Shown here: positions 59,841 through 64,000 of the stretch, one piece after another
Layout: each line of letters starts with the position of its first letter
Position numbering within the stretch: position 1 is the first letter of the stretch
Origin: the human T2T-CHM13v2.0 reference genome, Homo sapiens
Strand: one strand, 5' to 3'
Length of the DNA stretch: 64,000 bases
NCBI RefSeq assembly: GCF_009914755.1
Contig: NC_060934.1
Program-made: the position numbers and the translations under genes
Notes under the pieces: model-generated
Told to the model about the DNA's origin: nothing
The model's input: only the letters and a program-made list of their open reading frames with translations
Database searches by the model: none

Positions 59841-62146
59841 ATATCACAGGCAGAAAATCACAGCTCTCCTTGGGCAGCCCATCTCCTCCTTGCCAGAGGC
59901 AGGAGCTTTCTCCTTCTTTATCTGGTTAACAGTGGACCCAAATGCACAGCCAGATCTGGTGGCTTTCAAGTTACTGATACATTTGTGGACTGGATTTGTC
60001 CAGAAGTGGCATCTGTCCATCTGCCACTTGCTCAGCTCTCTCCCCAGATGGACCTCGCTGGCGGCTAAGAAAACGCCTTGGAAGCAGGTGAGCCTCGGAA
60101 GGCGCTTGCCCAGTGCAGTGGCCACTCTGGGCTGGCTCACTCCTATTTTCTCAAGGAAATCACAGGGACTGTTTTCTTGACTTGAAAGTCTAGTGGGAGA
60201 AATTGATTTCCTGGTTTGATTTGTGCACTTTTTCAACACGACACTTCTTGACCGACGTGCTCTGTCCCTTGTATTTGTGCCTCATTTTCACACAAGTTTG
60301 TACGCTTGCAGCGTACAAGCAAGCCTGCAGCTTGATACATGAATTTCTCCTGACTGTGGTTGGTGCAGGCTATTAAATCTAACGAAAAATAATTACTTAA
60401 AGAATTTGAGTGCACGAATACCTGTGTGTGTGCATGAGACATGCATGAACATAGTAACAGGGCTATACATAGCATGTTTTATCCTGATTCTGAGACATTG
60501 GTGGGTGGGGTCTCTGTGATTAAATTAACCATAGATAATTATTTTGTCTTTTAGGAAATTGTATTGTAACATTATTAGAGGAACGCAGGATGAAAACTAT
60601 TTAAAAATCTGCCGTGTTAAGAAATTAAGTCAGTTTGGACTCATGAGCACGTCAGGAATATGATGCAAAAGCTCTGGCGGGAAACAGACACACCAACATC
60701 TTAAACCACAAACAAGAGCCCTGTTTATGTTTTGAAATGGTTCCGAATGAACTGGTTTTTATGTTAAAAGGTTCTTTTCCACCCCATGTTTTTAATCTGG
60801 TGATTTTTGTAGCCCCATCTGCTGTTCATTAGTGGAAGTGCCTAGTTAAGGATTATGAAAGGTCTGAAATGTTTTTTGTTTTTTCTTACTCCTAGTAGCA
60901 TTTTGGATTTTAACTGCTAAGAGGCACCTAGAGAAATGAGTCATCACGCTTTCTGATGACCAAACTATCAAATTTAGACTATCTAGTACAAACTATCAAA
61001 TTTACACTACTAGTTTTAAAAAATCAAATATGATAGGAGAATGGCTTTTTAAAAGAATGAACTTAGAGGTCACCCAAGTCTGCCAAATACGTGGTATCAC
61101 TCAACAAGAATTTGAACCCTTCTCAGTTTCAGGCTCTGGCTTCTGTAGCAGACAGTTCTTTAACTCTGAGGCTACAACAGCAGATTGAATTCTGAGCCTA
61201 CAAAGATGTCCTTATTCCAGGTTAAACTTAGAGGTCATTTGGGTAGAAATCAATTCTTGCCTCCTCCATGCAAAGACAGACTTTGGCAAGCTTGACTTAG
61301 TGGCCCCCACAAGAAGGAATCAGGCTTTAGGTTCAGTCTTTGGACCCCTCCCCAGAGTGGGGAGTTCTCCAGAGGTGAACCCCACGAAGCTTCCCAAACC
61401 CCATCCTTTGGCACCCCTCATCACCACCTGCTGTTGTCATTCAGGAGTTTTTCCAAGAGTGTGATGAATTGCCAGGCCCATCATGCCTCTGATCAAAGAA
61501 TATGGCATCCCAATTTGGCCAACAACTGAGTCAGGATTATTCATCCTGAATTGCCAAGTGTCTCTTTCTCTGGCAATATTTAAATGGACTTCAGTTTTGA
61601 TTGACATCCCTTGGACAGCCTCCTCCTGGCCCTCGTGTCCCAGCACATCTCATCTTGCTCTCAGGATAGAGTTGAGCTCCACCAAGCAGACAATGTTCCC
61701 TGCACATGATAGACCTTGATAATGTTTTATTCTTACTACAGAGCTGTGATACTCCTTTTTTAAATCAGCTGGCAGCCCAGTAGCAATTTCTGAGCTGAAA
61801 CACAGTGGATCTATCCTACAATATATACATAAATATTTGGTCTGCCTAATGAAGGAAATAGCCAGCACTCATTTTGTTATTTTTCTCTTCACTATATACC
61901 ATTATCGCAGTCCTAATGACAGCTCAGAGAAGACCTTAGCTCAAACCCTGCCTCCCCTGAGTCTCATGTTTGAAGAGGGGTTCTTGAAACTATACTCTTC
62001 ATGCTAGATGGAGGAATATACTTTGGAAACAATGTGGAGGGGGTGAGATTCAGGACTAAGAATGTTCACTGCCGAAACATAGCTGTGGGAGGAAATTTTT
62101 TTCATAGCAGTTTCAGCTGATTACTAAAGAGAGTAAACATAGTCTA

Positions 62147-62180
62147 CACACCACACACACAAACACACACACACACACAC
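62147..62180. repeat. Short interrupted (CA)n microsatellite
   Basis: cacaccacacacacaaacacacacacacacacac. Confidence 0.85.
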
Positions 62181-63469
62181 GATCTGTGTATTAATCTATG
62201 ATAAACATTAAGGCTTCCTAAATTCCTAAATGAACCAATTGCACATCTTCCACCCATCACTTCACTGTTTGGACGTTTACAAAACCTAATGATGGACAAG
62301 TTTGTTCTTTCCTCAATTGAATGTCATCATGCATATCCAAATTGTGTTTCCATTGGAAATTCAGATCTGTTCCTAAATATGGTGCCAGGGAGAGCTTCTC
62401 CTTTCCTTGTTGAGGGTAGACTGGAACGGGACGAGGCAGGTTCCAGGGCCGGCAGTAGGGCTGCGGGCACTCACTTTGGCTGGAGCCAAGGGAGGCTCTG
62501 GACAAGGATCCTCCATCGCCAGGCCGTGTCTTTGTCCTGTGCTCTCCAGTTTTCTTGGGACTGCAGAAAACTTCGGAGTAATTGGATCCTTGGAATTCCT
62601 GCACCTGGCCCATTTGCCACAGTTTGTATTTCACTCATGTCCCTTGGATTTCCCAGGTCTCTCTTGGTCCTGTGTTCCTAACCCTGCAGCGTGTTCTTTC
62701 ATCCAATCGGTAAACAAGTAGTCCCTCCGGCTCCTGCACAAATGCCAGTGCATGGATTGGCCATTAAGAAAGCCTGTTGTGGGAGCTGTTGCCCGTCCTT
62801 CCGGGAAGGAAGCACATCCCCAGTATGATGTCCTCTGCTCCCTTGTCCCAGGGTTGGGACTCGCGTGTCCCTTAGAACCAGGTCTTTTGACTTTCCTGGT
62901 GTGTGCTACTGCTGCTTCCTTTAGTGTTCAGTGATTTGTCTGTAACTCTCCATTAATGTCTCTGATTTCATTTCACACTTAAGCAAACTGGAACCCTTTG
63001 TGGATCCACAAACAGAGGAGGGGTGCTCTGGGACTGTCACCCCTTGGTAAGTGGAGTGGCCTTGGAGGGGAGGCCAGGCTAGCAGTGGGGACCTCCTGTC
63101 TGCCTGGAGCTGCTCTCTTGGTGGGTCTGGGATCAGGGCACCCCAAAGCCCACTAGGTCTGTCATGGGAGGAGATGGGCATGTCAACAGCCCTCTGTGAC
63201 TCATGGACTGTTCAGCCCTGCAAGGACCTGGGTTGACCACAGTTTGAACCTAAAGTTTCCAGAAAACGGTAGGCTGGCTGCCAGGATCTTCCTGGTGGTA
63301 TGAGAGACGCTGGTTGTCTCTCCATAGGTGACACTCCACCTGTAAGTTCCCTTCATTCAGGAAATAAATTAAACTCCCCTGAAGGGAATGGCCTAAGTCA
63401 TATTTTCCAAGAGGAAGAATGAAGTAAGACAGACAGAAAGACAACTTGATTTCACATCTGGGTTTGGGA

Positions 63470-63592
63470 CTTAGAAAGAAAGGACAAGAAGAAAGGAGGA
63501 AAGGAAGAAAAAAAGGAAGGAAGACAGTAAAGAGAGAAAGGAATGAGTAAAGGAAAGAAGGAAGAAAATGAGGGAGGGCAAAGAAACTAAGG
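63470..63592. repeat. GA-rich low-complexity (polypurine) tract
   Basis: agaaagaaaggacaagaagaaaggaggaaaggaag... Confidence 0.8.
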
Positions 63593-64000
63593 GGACTCGT
63601 TGGAACTGAGATACAATCTTATATTATTTTTATGTGAAACTTTTTGGTAATAGCTACTATTTATTTGTAAGCATGTCTTAATCAAATGTGCAATTAAGTC
63701 AATAGAAACAACCTGGGTTGACCTTGACATAGTTTATAACTTTCATTGTCTGAATGATGGCCCATACAGTCCTCATGTGACATGTGATGATCCCCAAATA
63801 TGCTTGACAGGTGGGGGTGACTACATGTGTTTCCCAAACCATAACATTCAAAGGTATCTGCATGTCGGGACCCAGAGAGGTAGGAACACCACAGGTGTGA
63901 TGTCAGTAGGCCACACCATCATCCTCAGGGAGGATTCAGGGCAGTGGAGTGAAGCCCCATGACCTCTGAAAACTCCCTGGTCTGTGTCAAGTGTTGCCTC

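Noticed and set aside
60961-61015. 28-bp imperfect tandem duplication (caaactatcaaattta...)
   Set aside because: Real, but an ordinary slippage duplication with no evident motif content.

Overview
This window is non-coding DNA from a catarrhine primate, most likely human: it carries AluJ/AluS/AluY-type SINEs and THE1/MST LTRs. I find no credible protein-coding gene, tRNA, rRNA or CRISPR array. The supplied ORFs are chance frames or read-throughs of CA/TG repeats, Alus and MaLR LTRs. The window holds about 11 ERVL-MaLR solo LTRs (several with readable 5-bp target-site duplications), many MIR and L2 relics, three hAT-Charlie DNA-transposon relics, one old L1MC-like fragment, only four Alus, CA/TG microsatellites and an 8 x 44-bp minisatellite. 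Between the repeats are many repeat-free, AT/TAAT-rich blocks dense in Forkhead, ETS, HOX/CDX, TALE, paired-homeodomain, TCF and RBPJ motifs. The best reading, which is inference, is an enhancer-rich gene desert or large intron near a developmental regulator. Repeat subfamily names come from remembered consensus sequences and need RepeatMasker/Dfam confirmation. I cannot assign the locus without alignment, and I found no evidence of a new protein-encoding system.
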